The notes under the pieces are model-generated. The model made no database searches, was not told where the DNA came from, and saw nothing but the letters and a program-made list of their open reading frames with translations. The translations under genes were made by a program, and so were the position numbers. 64,000 bases of DNA from Microthyrium microscopicum (lineage: Eukaryota): assembly GCA_010405405.1 (NCBI GenBank), contig MU004231.1:3156401-3220400 (forward strand), read 5' to 3'. This document shows, in pieces, positions 47,011-59,702 of the stretch (within the stretch, counting starts at the first letter, position 1; every line of letters starts with the position of its first letter).

Positions 47011-49772
47011 TTAACCCATACTCGCAACAGTCTCACAAGCACGCTCCACCACTGCCTGTACACGCGCTCTCAACGCTCCATTCGAGCACTCAACTCGCAA
47101 TTCCCGCAGCCACACGCGCGCCACGAACGGAGCAATCCTAATCTCCAAACCTGGCTCATCTTTGTCCGCCGTGCTGCTCGTCAAGGAAGCCCAAGTGCTT
47201 GCACTAGCAGAGTCGTCGCCAGCAGGCGTAGCGATAATAGGCGTGATGGCCGAGTCGCCGAACTGGTTCTCTAGTAGAAGTAGCAGACGAGCGAGTTTGT
47301 CTGCTGGGTCACGAGTAGTGTGCGGGTTGTGTTCATCATGGTGATGAGCGTGAGGAGATGCGGAGCCTAAAGGAAATGTTAGAGAAGTGCGAAAGAGAGA
47401 TTGGGGAAAGACAGCAGCTTACGTTTGACACCGACCATGCCGGTCTCCATTTGGAGAAGAACGCTGAGAACTGAGTCGGCGATGCTGTCGTTGAGCATGT
47501 TACCTTCCCATTCTAGTGTCACTTGGCCGCCGGTTTCGACGTTGACTGTTACGCTATCCATCACGAGGAATGTAGTAGAGGATTGAGTGGTATGGCCGTT
47601 GGTGCCGTTGCCATTTACGTTGCCATTCGAGCTAGAGGTCGGGATTTCTTTCAGGCCACCAAACATGCCTTCGAGTCCCCATTTGATGAGGTCGACACCA
47701 GCGGAGCAGAAAAGACGCTTTTTGAAAGCAATGCTTGTGGTGGTCAGACCGGCATACTCCTTGAGATCCTCAGGTGCCATTAGAGTGAGATTGAAGCCGT
47801 TTTGAACAAGCACGCCAGAGACGATTCTATCATCTTCTACTGCTTGAGCGGCGGCATCGGATTGAGGAGCGGAGAGAAGGGTGGGAGGGGGTAGTTTAGC
47901 AAGGCGTCCAACAACTTTGGCAAATTTGTCTCGCTTGAACGGTATCTTCACCACCTCACTATTGGCTGGTGTGAATACCTTGAACGGCTTAGCGCGAGTA
48001 CTGTTCAAAGACAGGAGCTTTGATTTGAAGCGGGTCATGGCATGTTTTGCGCCATGGACGAGAATAATGATTTCGGCGCCAGTCTCCTCAACAAATTCCC
48101 GATTCTGCGGCCCATCCACATGGGCAGCAAAACTCGTTTCTTGAATTGTGCAGCGACGAGCGATGTGTCGTTCCTCAGCCACTCGTCCGACCTGTACTTC
48201 TGGCTGGTTCATTATTGCCTTCACAGACTGGGGCTCATTAAGCAGTGTCTGTGCCATGGTTCCCTCAACGCTGTAACCAGTAATGATAACACCATTTTTG
48301 GGATCGGGAGCCCATCTCTCTAGAAGCTGTCGACTGGCTCCATTTTGCATCATACCAGGAGTAGCGAGCATGACACAAGGACCAGTATCCTCAAAGCGAT
48401 CGATCGATTTAAGAGCTCGTACAAACTGAAAGTTCCAAGGGTTTACACTTTCTGGGTCTTTGCCAGATCGCTCTGCATCTGCCATCCGCTCAGCAAAGAG
48501 GCGTTTGATGTTTTCGTTCATGGCAGAAATGTATGTTTTGTAGACGACCATACATCGTCGCGCTAGCTGTGAAGCATAGTATATTGGCACCTTTTGGTAC
48601 TGTGGATGCTTCGACCAGTATTCTTCCAGAATTAGAAGTAGCTCTTGAACGGTCCCTAGAGCAAAGACTGGAAGTAGTGCTCTCCCATTACGATCAAGAA
48701 TACCGGTAACGCCTTTTAAGAAGGCTAGTTCTCGCTCTGCTCGTGGGATATGTAAAGCTGTGCCAAAAGTACTTTCGCATATTAGCACATCAACCTTTAG
48801 GCCTTCAGGAATTGTAGCCTTGACTAAATGCCGATCTTCTTCGCGAGAGTAATCTCCAGTAAAAAGGATTTTTAGGCCAGCAATGTCGATGAGGTACATT
48901 GCAGCACCCAGGACGTGCCCAGCAGGATAAGGCGTGACCCGAATAGAGGATATTGTATGCGTTGTGTAAAAGTCGATCGGTTCGATCTTTGGGAATGTTG
49001 CAAGATGATCAGCCTCCGTATATAATGCGATTTTTTGTTCAGCGGAGGATGTGAGGTTGCTGTTCTATGTCAGAAATCTGATATTGATTCATGGTCACAA
49101 CTTACTTGACGCGTAGACCATCTGGAATAAGCCATCTATAGATAGCTTTGGTTGCGTAGGTCATCAATACTCGACCTTGGAAATTGGTCTTCGCGAGGAC
49201 GTATGGTAGTGCAGCGGCATGATCAACGTGGAAGCTGGATCAGATGTTAGCATTATTCATCGACTATGTAGTGGACAAGATAGGCATGAAGTAGGAGTGA
49301 CACAGTAAAAAGCATGCAGATATAGAGAGCGGACAAGTATGGTATTGATTGATCTTACTACTTGACTGACTGACAATACATCTGCGCGAAGCTATCCAAA
49401 CTGGAAACTTGTAATGCCTGACCAGTGTGCTACTGGTGGGAACTAATAGGCTATGGGCAGCGAGGAAACTTACTGGCTAATTAGAAGAAGATCTACTTTT
49501 CCTAGATCAAACGAATCAAACCATGGCAAAGAACGACTACCGTCATAACCAGGATGCATTCCAGCATCGAGCTACACCAACGTTAATGTCTGTTTGTTTG
49601 ATGATAAAAGCGGATGGTGTACCATGACAGTCTTTCCCTTGTATTCGATGATATGACACGATCTGCCAACTTCATTTCCACCACCTAGGCAGGTGAACTG
49701 CAGTGTATCTGAGGCATTGGCACTCTCGGTTGCAGTGCCATCGAGATCGTCGGCTTTGCGTTTGGTAGACAT
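47011..49772 (-). CDS. YSH1: mRNA 3'-end endoribonuclease Ysh1/CPSF73 (introns 49622-49572, 49473-49235, 49105-49060, 47422-47367)
   Basis: [27 protein letters not shown] metallo-beta-lactamase motif, [22 protein letters not shown], beta-CASP SFAAHVD and LVHG, and CPSF73 C-terminal [15 protein letters not shown]. Confidence 0.96.
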
Positions 49773-50323
49773 TCTGAGAGAGTCGCATACGATTTGAGAA
49801 CTAGGGAAGTGAGCACTACATTGAGCGCATGACAATATCGATTCGTGTTTGCGGCACGCTATTACAGCCGAGTTGATTGCAAGCAGTAGATACGGTGAGG
49901 CCCGGTCCTTGAATCAGTAGATCAAATGTGTTGAATGGTGAGCAGGTTGAAGTTGAGAAAGTGAGGTTTGGATTCTTCAATGTTGCACGCATAAGGCAAG
50001 CCCATAAGCGCGTGTCCGCGTTTAATTAACCGCCACTGCTCGCCAGGCTTCTCAACTTGCTCTCTCCACCTCCATTTCGAATACTTCACATTTCCAACAC
50101 TCCATCATCAATCCACCGCCATCCTCGACACATAAACATATACCCCGCTATCCGCTTCCTCACCTCACCGCCCGATTCTTGCCGTCAACGCATGGTCTCC
50201 GCCAACATCTGATGGCCTAGTGTACAACACCCTACTTCCTCGCGTGCCGAGCGCGCCCCTTGCTTCCTCAGTCATTCTACCGCCTCCATCGTCACTTCCA
50301 ACACCTATTTGGATCTTTTCACC

Positions 50324-52139
50324 ATGACTGAGCACATGAACCCGCCTCTACCTCCATCCTCCATGTCTAATATGGCAGGACAACCACCCGCAAAACGTCC
50401 GCGGCTGACGACCGATTTCCCCGGCCAAACCAGCACACCAATCTACGGCCCACCTTTTCCCAGCCCAGGACTCAGCTCATATTCATCAAACTCTCTCCCT
50501 CCATCTCCATATCAATCCTTTAGTCCACCGCAACCGATCCAACCCACTCCAACTTCTGCGTATAATCCCACAATGCCTCGGACACCCTCTGGTGTCATGG
50601 GCCCGCCAGAGCGCCCAAAAGCTGATCGAGCCACTAATATTAATGAACTCAGTGATGCGCTGTTTGCTGCAGGCGTCAATATCGCGGAAGAAGAGCGCTT
50701 GGCAATGGAGTATGGCAACAATCAGTTCGCAAGCTTTGGAACGTCATTTGGCCACTCACAAGGCTCTTCGCATACCATCACACCAGAATCCTGGTCTCAA
50801 TCATCGACCGCCGCGCAGTTTGCGCAGTCTTCGCGACCAAATGGATCTCTCGGTGATCCGGACGTAACACTATCAGAATTTGAGCGGCAAGTCCAAGCAG
50901 AGCATTATGCTGCAGCGAAGCGTCAAGCCGAGCTAAAGGCAATCCCTATGAATGATGCCTTCCTCCAAATCAACACAGTCCGCAACCGGATCCATAACCG
51001 AACAACCGAATCACAGGTTTTCTTGAAGCAGGATGGCGTTACGGTTGCCGATGCAAGAAGCTCGCATGCCCATCTTGTCACTGGCCCTCCAGGTTCTAAT
51101 GGGGCTCTAGTGAGGGCGCAAGTCTATACACTCAACGAAACGTCGTCCATGGTGGATCTATTCAGCTTAATATCTCTAGCTACGCAGCAGCGTTTAAGAG
51201 ATGTGATGGAAGATGCTTATGCTACTGCGCGTGCCCGTCAATATGGGTCTGGCGGAGTTGTACCTCCAGAGTGGGCAGACATTGCGACAGGATCGACAAA
51301 CGCCGAAAAAACTACCGTACGACCACAGGCTATATCCGGAACGGCATGGGAGACAGCTCCCGATAGTGCTGTCAGCCCCATGACCGTTGTACCAGCTAAG
51401 CGTATGCTGGCCTGCCGGTTTTAATGCTACATTTTGCTAAACAGGAACAGGTCCTCATGATGACTCGAGTAGAACTCGACCTCCCACACCTCCTCCAGAG
51501 CCAGAAGTAGCTCCTGTGCCCACAATACGGTATCCACCGAGATTACCGATCGTTCTTCGAGAATTGGGAACAGCTTCACTTGCACAGGAGCGTAAACGCG
51601 TCGAGGCCCGAAAGAAGCGACAGCTACAACAGGCAAAGAAAGATCAAGATTCGGCTATGGAAACTGATGATGCTACCGAATCGCCAAACCCTGGAACGCC
51701 AAATTCTGCTAGTACCCCTTCCGTTGTGGAGCCGAAAATTACCAAGAAAGAACGTGAAAAGCTCAACAAGGACAAGCAAACTGAGGAAGTTCTTCGACAG
51801 CAAGCAAATCAGACTGCAGCTCTTGCCCTAGGTGGACTTGGTGGAGGCAAGAAGTACAGCTGGCTTACCCCTGGCGCCCGGTCTGGTGGTGGTGGAACTG
51901 GTGCAGGTCAACGCGACAAACTGGCGAAGAAAGCATTGGGCATAAAAAAGGAAAAGGCAGCTCCTCCTGCTCCAACTGAAGATCCGGCACTGGCTAGCAA
52001 AAAGTCCTATCAATCAGTTGGTCTTTTGAAGGAGACGCCCGGCATTCAGCTACGAGATATTCTTAATGTGATTGAACGGGAAGCAAAAGAGAGTCGCGTA
52101 CTCCTTCGAGGATATTCCCGCCTCGGCAATAGCCATTAG
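50324..52139 (+). CDS. TAF4: TFIID subunit TAF4 (intron from 51402 to 51444 or 51450)
   Basis: INELSDALFAAGVNIAEEE, histone-fold LISLATQQRLRDVMEDA, ANQTAALALGG…KKYSWL and IQLRDILNVIERE. Confidence 0.85.
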
Positions 52140-52546
52140 AAAGCGCGGTTTACCAAACTTTACATGGCTAGGCTCTGGAAGGAGTGAGAATGCAGTGGCA
52201 GTACTCCCTTGGCAGTCAGTATTTGCTCTTGATGGCGGCTTGAATCGAAGAGGGTGGGCGACAATGTCAAATGGGTTTATGGGGTCGAATGGACCATTGG
52301 ATACCCACTGCATATCATCGGTGTTTCAGGCTTCCACTGTCTTGTTGCATAGCTTTGGGTTTGATCAAGCATATCTTCAAAATTCAAGGTTGCTAATGCA
52401 GTTATTATCACATGGGCAATTTAAGCTCTTGATTTACACATGTCGCTTTCTATGTTCGTGTCTTCAATCCGTGTCCCATATCACATCGTTACGACTCCCC
52501 TCCGTGCCTGATCTGAGTCGGTGTTTTGCATTTTGAGTATTGCTCG

Positions 52547-53771
52547 TCATAATCCTCGATTAAACTCCACCTCTCCATCGTTCCCCACCTTCTCTCGAAA
52601 CTCTTCCTCTACCCACCGCGCACTTACTCGCTCCCGAGCTGGAAACACTCCCAATGCGATCGGCAGCGCAAACACACTCACCCCCAATATCAGCGCCAGA
52701 TTTACCGGTAACGTCAGTCCGGGCCGCGCCGCCAACAGCTTGGTCTTCTGCAATCTCAGCAGAACCAGCGGTGGCAGAACCATAATCGGCGTCGCGTTAA
52801 TCACACGGCTCAATGCCGTCTCGCCCACTGCAATAGTCGCCGCTCGTCGACTCTGACCTAACACCTCTTTACCATCATCGCCTGCTGCAAACACATCAAT
52901 GCCATGCCGAATTTCTTCAGCGCGCATGAGAAATACGTTAAGCACGCCAGCGCTCGCCACAGCCGCAAAGGGTACTAGCCGGCCTAGGACAATGCGGGTG
53001 GCAGGTGAGATGCGCTTGAGGCGTGGGACGAGCGCGTTGAGGCCGAGAGCGACGGAACAGCTGGCGGAGACGGCCAGGGCGTAGGATGTGAGGAGTTTTT
53101 GGGTGGAGAGGGGATGTGATTTGTTGGCGTTGGAGGTGTTGATGGCGACGTTGAGGGATTGGTTCGTGATTTGCCAGAATAGAGTGCCGCGGGTGCGTAG
53201 ATTGGGTGTGAGCATGCCGGCGGTTACGACAAGATTGGTGAGAACAAAGGCGGACATGCGAAAGGGAAGGAGGACGGGCTGGCCGGTGTCTGAGGGATGT
53301 TAGCTATCGCGGTCTGGCGTCCGTAGCGATTCTAAAGTACCTGGGTGAAGGGTAGAATCCACGATCTTTTTGGCTTGCCAGAGGTCCTCATTCATCTCTT
53401 TAATTTGACCGCTTTTGTACTGAGTGAGGATTTGTTTGGACTGTTCCAGTGTTTGCGCTGATGTAAAGAGCGTTCTGTCCGATGGCTTATTAGCTGTGAT
53501 CTTACACGTTTGAAAGCTTCAATATCGGGTTCCTCCATGATGCTCTCATGTCGGCAGCTTCTGCTATCTATCTTCTTCTCCAATTTGAAACAGACACGAC
53601 CTCTGGCCAACATGAATCTAACCTTTGCCCATGTATGTTGTCTCAACCGCTTGATATGCTTTCTCACCTCATGTCTGCAATAGCTGCCGCATGTCTGACT
53701 CGTCCCAAATATGTCGACAAGTCATATCTCGATTCGGGCAAAGGCCTGGCCCCAGGAAGCGATGAAGACAT
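52547..53771 (-). CDS. FSF1: Sideroflexin (mitochondrial), 3 exons
   Basis: MSSSLPG…SRYDLSTYLGRVRH, STLHP|DTGQPVLLPFRMS, FWQITNQSLNVAIN, RLVPFAAVASAG and C-terminal FNRGL. Confidence 0.95.
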
Positions 53772-54168
53772 GACTACTGATGTTTCTCCTGTCAAATATC
53801 AAAAGACCGAATTTGTTCCCAGCTCTTTATGCTTGTCGTGTGATTTCGGGATATTGGCGAAGCCTCGAGAGCCAATTGACCATCAATAGCGCAACCGACC
53901 TTGCAAGTATGGCATCAACTCCTTCTTCCTCTCAAAAACAAAAAGTTGCAAGACTTATCTCATACTTTGTCCTGGTGCGGGCGGTGAGAGCATCGGCAAG
54001 GCGCTGACTCGCTCGCCGAAGCTCGGGATGCCGACTACACCAGGTTGCTGATTGGTCACAGCTCACCATCGATAGATTTTCCAATTGACTTCAACTCTCG
54101 CCCATTACAGCTAAACATCGCTCTACACAACCTCCATTACACTCAATCGCCTCGTCTACCCTTCCACA

Positions 54169-54507
54169 ATGGTCACCTACTACACAGTTTTCGGCGCCAA
54201 GGTCGGCTCGCACGTCGTACGTCCCTCTGCATCTGCAAAGACAGCTCCGCGCCTCGCTAAACTCGGATACTAATTGAGTCGAATAGCTCTCGATGGCAAC
54301 CCTCGGCACAACAGGTCTAGTAGGCTGGTACTTTACACGGGGCAAAAAGGAGATCACCAACAGCCCACCGATCAACGCTGGAAGCAAAGAAGAGGAATCT
54401 TTTGTGAAGTAAGATATACTTCCGGATTGCCGATGTCACGAAAGTCTGGCTGACAACCCATTTCTAGGGACTTTATGAAGAAAAAAGAATCGGAAGCGAA
54501 GCAGTAG
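54169..54507 (+). CDS. ATP19: Mitochondrial ATP synthase subunit k (exons 54169-54216, 54287-54408, 54468-54507), absent from the ORF track
   Basis: Spliced product MVTYYTVFGAKVGSHVLSMATLG…PPINAGSKEEESFVKDFMKKKESEAKQ matches the subunit k pattern (YxIxGxxVxxHxLxxATLG; PPINAxSxxEExFI). Confidence 0.9.
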
Positions 54508-55069
54508 TGCTGATTTTCAATACTAGAAGGATTAAGCAGCATCCAAACGAGATTTAGACCAACGAATATCAGCTGTATTATATGGGCTTTGAGCTTCGAA
54601 CTTCATTCAATTTGTCTCCCCCTATATCCCTTTGCGGCCTTCAGTAGCTATATCTATTAACAAGGAGCGATTCGTACCTAGGTGAATTTTGCCGTCCCGA
54701 CTGCTATGTTAGGAAGGTAGTAGGTTATGGTAGACTGATGTCGTTATGGTAATAGAGTAGCACCTTCAAATGCGCTAGCCACCTCTTTGAAGCAAAACGC
54801 CTCTATACCGAAACCGTATAGCAACACCCTCAATTGCAGTAACTACCACTGCAGTCACCCTTTTTCACTATTGGGGCTGGCCCACCGGGTGGCTCCTGCT
54901 ACATTCATCCACACCATGTTACTTAACCAACCGCGTATTCCGATTGATTCCATTTGCCCTTTTTTCAACACCTCTCAGTCTTTGTAGGCCAATGCGCTCG
55001 AACCTGATTCTACATTTGAACTTCAGCGAGGTTTCCTGATTCCAAAAGTTACAGCAAAAGCGCTCCGAC

Positions 55070-56445
55070 ATGTCGCACATCCAACAGTTTTGCTGGATAT
55101 GTCCATTCACGGATTGCCCGTTGTTCTTCAGCACCGCAAAAGACCGGGTTGATCATCTTAGCGAAGTTCATTGGGATAACGAGCCCTACGAGGAGAATGA
55201 CCAAGCAAATATCTTTCCATCAATCGAAGCACAGCACCTGCGAATACCACAGAAGATCTCTCTTAGCGACCAAGGCAACTACAAAGTCGTCACAGGCGCA
55301 CCAGAAGAAGGGCAGGTAGAGATCTGCGTTTGCAAAGAGGCTCTAGCTGCTATTTCACCAGTTTTCAAGGTAAGACCAACGTTAGATGTAATGACAGCGC
55401 ATGCCTTATTTTCTCTGATCCTTCCATGCCTGAACGGAGCATGAATATCGCCGCTAACAGGCTCAGGTTATGGTAATGGGTAGCGCTGGACTCCAGTATC
55501 GCGAGTCGATCCAGCATAGCGCAACCTTTCCTGAAGACGACCCGGACGCGTTCCTCCTGATCATGATTATTGCGCATAAGCTACATGACTACGTGCCTCA
55601 ATTTATGAAGAGCTCCCAATTCTACGAATTGACCGTTCTCGCCCACAAGTACGACTGTCTGAAATCCATCATGCCCTGGATGCATATGTGGAATGAACTG
55701 CGTCGAAATGGACTTGTCAAACTCCCTTCAACACTGGGATGGGGATCAGCTTTGGATCTGGCGTGGATTTATGGTGACCTAGAGCTGTTCATGAAGATGG
55801 CGAAGCACCTCGTAAGGCATATAGTGCATGGCGAAGACTCTCACTCTATGTTGATCGACGGCCAAACGATTATATGTCAAATCACACCACCGGAGGCGAT
55901 TGGTAAGTAGACCACTACATGCGCAAGCTAAATGTAGAAGCATCTAACCATCAGCAGACAATATTCTCCAGGAGCGGGAGCGCAAGCTGGATCAAACGTG
56001 GACGGAATGTAACGTATATATTGACGAGTGTTCTGTCAGTTGTGGCCATTGCCGCAAAAAACAGTGTGGAACAATGAATTCCGAACAGACAACAAAAGCT
56101 ATACGCGAATTACAAATTTTGCCCGCGCAGATGGCGGCCCATAGGCTTCCGAGTATCACAGCAGTCCATCAGCGACTTGGCCGGCTTACAGAATTCAACA
56201 ATGCAGGAGCTCAGTGCCTCCGGGGGCGGATAACTCTGACGGACAGACTGAACTGCTTCTCAGTCAATCCTGTCTCTATGACACATGTTGAACTTTTGAG
56301 AAATGCCGGCATCAAGCTGGGACTACGTACAAGTCCATACTTCAAGGGGACATCCCGCTCCGTTGCACACTACGCCGGGAGAGGGCAGGTAGATGATGTT
56401 CTCCCAGGATACTTCTTTGATGAAGATGACGATATGACCATGTAG
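55070..56445 (+). CDS. BTB/POZ-domain protein with N-terminal C2H2-like finger (3 exons)
   Basis: CPFTDC…RVDHLSEVH, VCKEALAAISPVFK|VM, FPEDDPDAFLLIMIIAH and LTVLAHKYDC. Confidence 0.8.
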
Positions 56446-56915
56446 AAAGGGACGCGGGCCATTGAGCATTGTGACGATATGAAAAGAGAAAGAACAGCGG
56501 ATCGCGACATATCATCTACGTCTTTTCGATAGCACTCTTGAAGTTTTCCCTTTAGCTTCTGTGTCACGCTATGGTAGTGTGGAGCCTATAGGTCTGCTGG
56601 CGAGAAATCATGAGAGCTAGTGCTATAGCGTAGAGAAATGAATTTTTGGTGGGCCAAAGAAGATGAAGGTTGAATGTAGGCCTTGGTTATGCTGCTGGAA
56701 ACCCATACATACAGAGCGAATGATAGCAGAGATTCTAACTGAAGTGGACAGTCTCTCATCAAGCTACAAAATTACGCAGGATTTATACGAACTTTCATCG
56801 CGAAGTATAATCACATTCTCCCATAACCGAAGTACAGAATATCATTCATTAGAATTACGTAAGTTACAACCGTTAGCAAGTACAAGGTATTGTACATGAG
56901 ATGCAGCATCAATTT

Positions 56916-58505
56916 CTAGCACATTTTCAAAACACTAACCCCAGTGAGATCACATTGTGCCGGCGATGTCCCTCTACAGAAAAAACCCAACGTGCCAGTG
57001 CCGCCTGTGATATATGCCACGACATGCTGCCAATCTCCAGTGTTGGTGTGTACCAGTTGATTGTGAGTATGAACAGGCCAGGTAGCTGTCCAAGTAGAAT
57101 TCACGCCTCGCATCCAGGCCTCCAGTTTGTATTCCCAGCCAGCAATCGGGGTAGTCGGATCAGGATAAGGGGTAATGAACACATCGGGAATTGTGCCGCT
57201 CGGATCAGTGTCGTTTAGACGGAGGAAATTATCGCCTGCAGGTGAGCAATCGCCGGGGATGCTCTCGTCGCATTGTAGAACCCCATAGTAGAGACCGTCA
57301 TAAGTATTGATACTCCATTGACCTAAACCGGATGAGAAAGAGCCTCCGGGAACCAAATTAGTGCTATCTGCGCATGGTGCCGTGTAATTTGATGGTAGCG
57401 GGTTTGCGGCAGATGCTCTGACATATGTCACGGCATCAACAATACTGGCATCAGGTGCACAGTTCAGTGCAGATGCGTTGTAGGGAGTTGTGAAAGCGGC
57501 GCATGATAACTGATAGGTGTAGTTTGGTGCCTGGTTGGGAAATATTAAGACGCTCTGGTTGAAGAACTGGAACCCGTCACAGTTGGCAAGGTTGTTATCG
57601 CATTGCGTTTGACAAGATTGAAGGTATGCTTCTTTTTCCGAGTCAAAAGTCGAGGGATCTTGAGTGGGTGCGTCGCCAGTCGGTGGATCCAGAACTGGTG
57701 GGCTGACAGTATTGGGGCCGGTGAGATAGCACGGGTATGCGGCTTTGATTTCGTACGTTCCTGTCGGCAATCCGCTGGAGCTGGTAACCGTGGTTGATGT
57801 TGAAGGAGTCAATGATGTTGAGTTGGTACTGGAGAGGACATTGGCTTTTGTTGTTATACTGCTTGTCTTGGATGATACTGTACTGCTTTTAGAAGAGCTA
57901 GTAGACGTGGGCTCGATGCTGGACAAGGACAACGGCTTTGACGAGGACAATGAACTGATCTTAGATGAGATTAAAGTCGTCTGACCGCTGGAAGTCGACG
58001 GCTTGATAGACGGAGACGCTGAGACAGGCTTAGATGAAGCAGCGGAGCTTGGCCTCACGCTGAGCACTGAAGAAGCCAGAGAGGTTGAAACTTTGATTGA
58101 GGACGAAGCCGACGAGCAGCTTCCATACTTCGATTGACAGCCTGAAGAAACTAAACAATCCTGTGATGAGGAACTGCATTTGTTTGATTTTGAACAGCAG
58201 CTTCCGAATGTCGATCCAACGCAAGTTACCAAAGGGCGATTTGATCCACAATTTCCATTCTTGGAGGGTTTCTGAGTAACGTCGTCTGTACATTTTCCAA
58301 AGCCTGTTTGGCAGCCCTTACTAACCAGGCATTGACTGTCGCCATCGGTACATCTATCGTTTTTGGAGCAACAGTCTCCATTATCAGATCCACGACACGT
58401 GTAAGGATAGTCAGGACCGCATTTTCCGTTGGGAGATACTTTGAGGTTGGCGGCTAGGATAGTCGTGGACAAAACCTGAAGCAAAATAAAAGAGCGAATG
58501 AACAT
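56916..58505 (-). CDS. Secreted Cys-rich protein: signal peptide, two hevein/CBM18-like modules, S/T linker, PAN/apple-like and CBM-like C-terminal regions
   Basis: MFIRSFILLQVLSTTILA signal. Two S(P/K)NGxCG…C…CCS…C…C…GCQxxFG/YGxC repeats, then CQTQCDNNLANCDGFQF and NLVPGGSFSSGLGQW. Confidence 0.8.
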   Translation of the reverse strand: MFIRSFILLQVLSTTILAANLKVSPNGKCGPDYPYTCRGSDNGDCCSKNDRCTDGDSQCLVSKGCQTGFGKCTDDVTQKPSKNGNCGSNRPLVTCVGSTFGSCCSKSNKCSSSSQDCLVSSGCQSKYGSCSSASSSIKVSTSLASSVLSVRPSSAASSKPVSASPSIKPSTSSGQTTLISSKISSLSSSKPLSLSSIEPTSTSSSKSSTVSSKTSSITTKANVLSSTNSTSLTPSTSTTVTSSSGLPTGTYEIKAAYPCYLTGPNTVSPPVLDPPTGDAPTQDPSTFDSEKEAYLQSCQTQCDNNLANCDGFQFFNQSVLIFPNQAPNYTYQLSCAAFTTPYNASALNCAPDASIVDAVTYVRASAANPLPSNYTAPCADSTNLVPGGSFSSGLGQWSINTYDGLYYGVLQCDESIPGDCSPAGDNFLRLNDTDPSGTIPDVFITPYPDPTTPIAGWEYKLEAWMRGVNSTWTATWPVHTHNQLVHTNTGDWQHVVAYITGGTGTLGFFCRGTSPAQCDLTGVSVLKMC

Positions 58506-59702
58506 GGTCAAAGACAAAAGTAACGAGAGACTAAATAACAGAATTAGGAACGTATTAGTGAGATAGATTGAGACATGAGAAAGATGAGGACTTTTGTTGC
58601 GCCTCGCCAGTCCTTATACAAGAAAGATGTCTGAAACTTTGGCTGAAAAGCCGACTGATAGGTTACATTTCATTACTTAAAAGAGCCAAATTTAACGACA
58701 AGCAACAGCGCCTTGTCGTGTTCTGTGCAGCGTGTGGAGAACTAAAGGCAACGGGTAAAAGCTTGAACCAATTGGCACGCCGGACCGTGGTTAAATCGCC
58801 GACTGATGGCTTGCCCAGACGATGCCCAGATGTGGCGTCAACACTCATTGCCCGTTATGGAAGACGTCAAACTTTGATGCGCGTTTTTGTTGAGTTGTGA
58901 ACTTGTTTAAAAACTCGGCCTTGAAGCATCTGGTGGATGACTGGATTTCATACGAACTGACTTGAACCTGCATCCTTCCTCCTCAACCTTTACGGTATAT
59001 TGATGTTCCCATCTACTCCGTACAGACGGTGAGGGTCCAGGGAGGCTGAACTTCACAGCGTTCCGGAGTATAGGGGCACCGTCAAATTCGGCACCAATCG
59101 TCTCATCTCTTTTTCATAGTGTTAATGCTGTGGAAACTCGGATTGACGCGTCGTGTTTGTATCACTGAGGCGTTTAGATGATATGCAGGCAGAAGGGTCA
59201 GAGACTCGCAATTCAGCACTGCGTCGAAGTTATCAAGATCGCAACAATTTTTAGAAAATGTTAAAGCCCGGGATAGCGTAAAAGCTCACAGAGGCAAGGA
59301 TGTCACGTTGTTCAAGTTCTATTTTTGTGCTAATCTTCAACCGCACGACTATTGATCAATTCTACCTACCACATTTTACATATCGCAACTTTTGAAATTG
59401 GTAATGCAGAAGGCCTGCCACCAATTTGGAGCCGTGGAACAACAGAGTCTTGGCTACAGCATACATCAAATGCCGATGGATCATAAGCGTGAGCAGGGGA
59501 GATCTCGTGGGAGACTGAATGATTCACAATTCGAAGGTATGAGAAATTCAAGCTTCCATTTGCCATGTTTCAGCTGGAACATACTACTTTAAATGATGAA
59601 CCAATGCAAATAGCAGTGAGACATTGGAGTAGAGTAGGTACTGCTGATATATCCCTACTTTCTCGCATCGTTGTTGGCATCCTCCTGTCCAGATTTGGTT
59701 GC

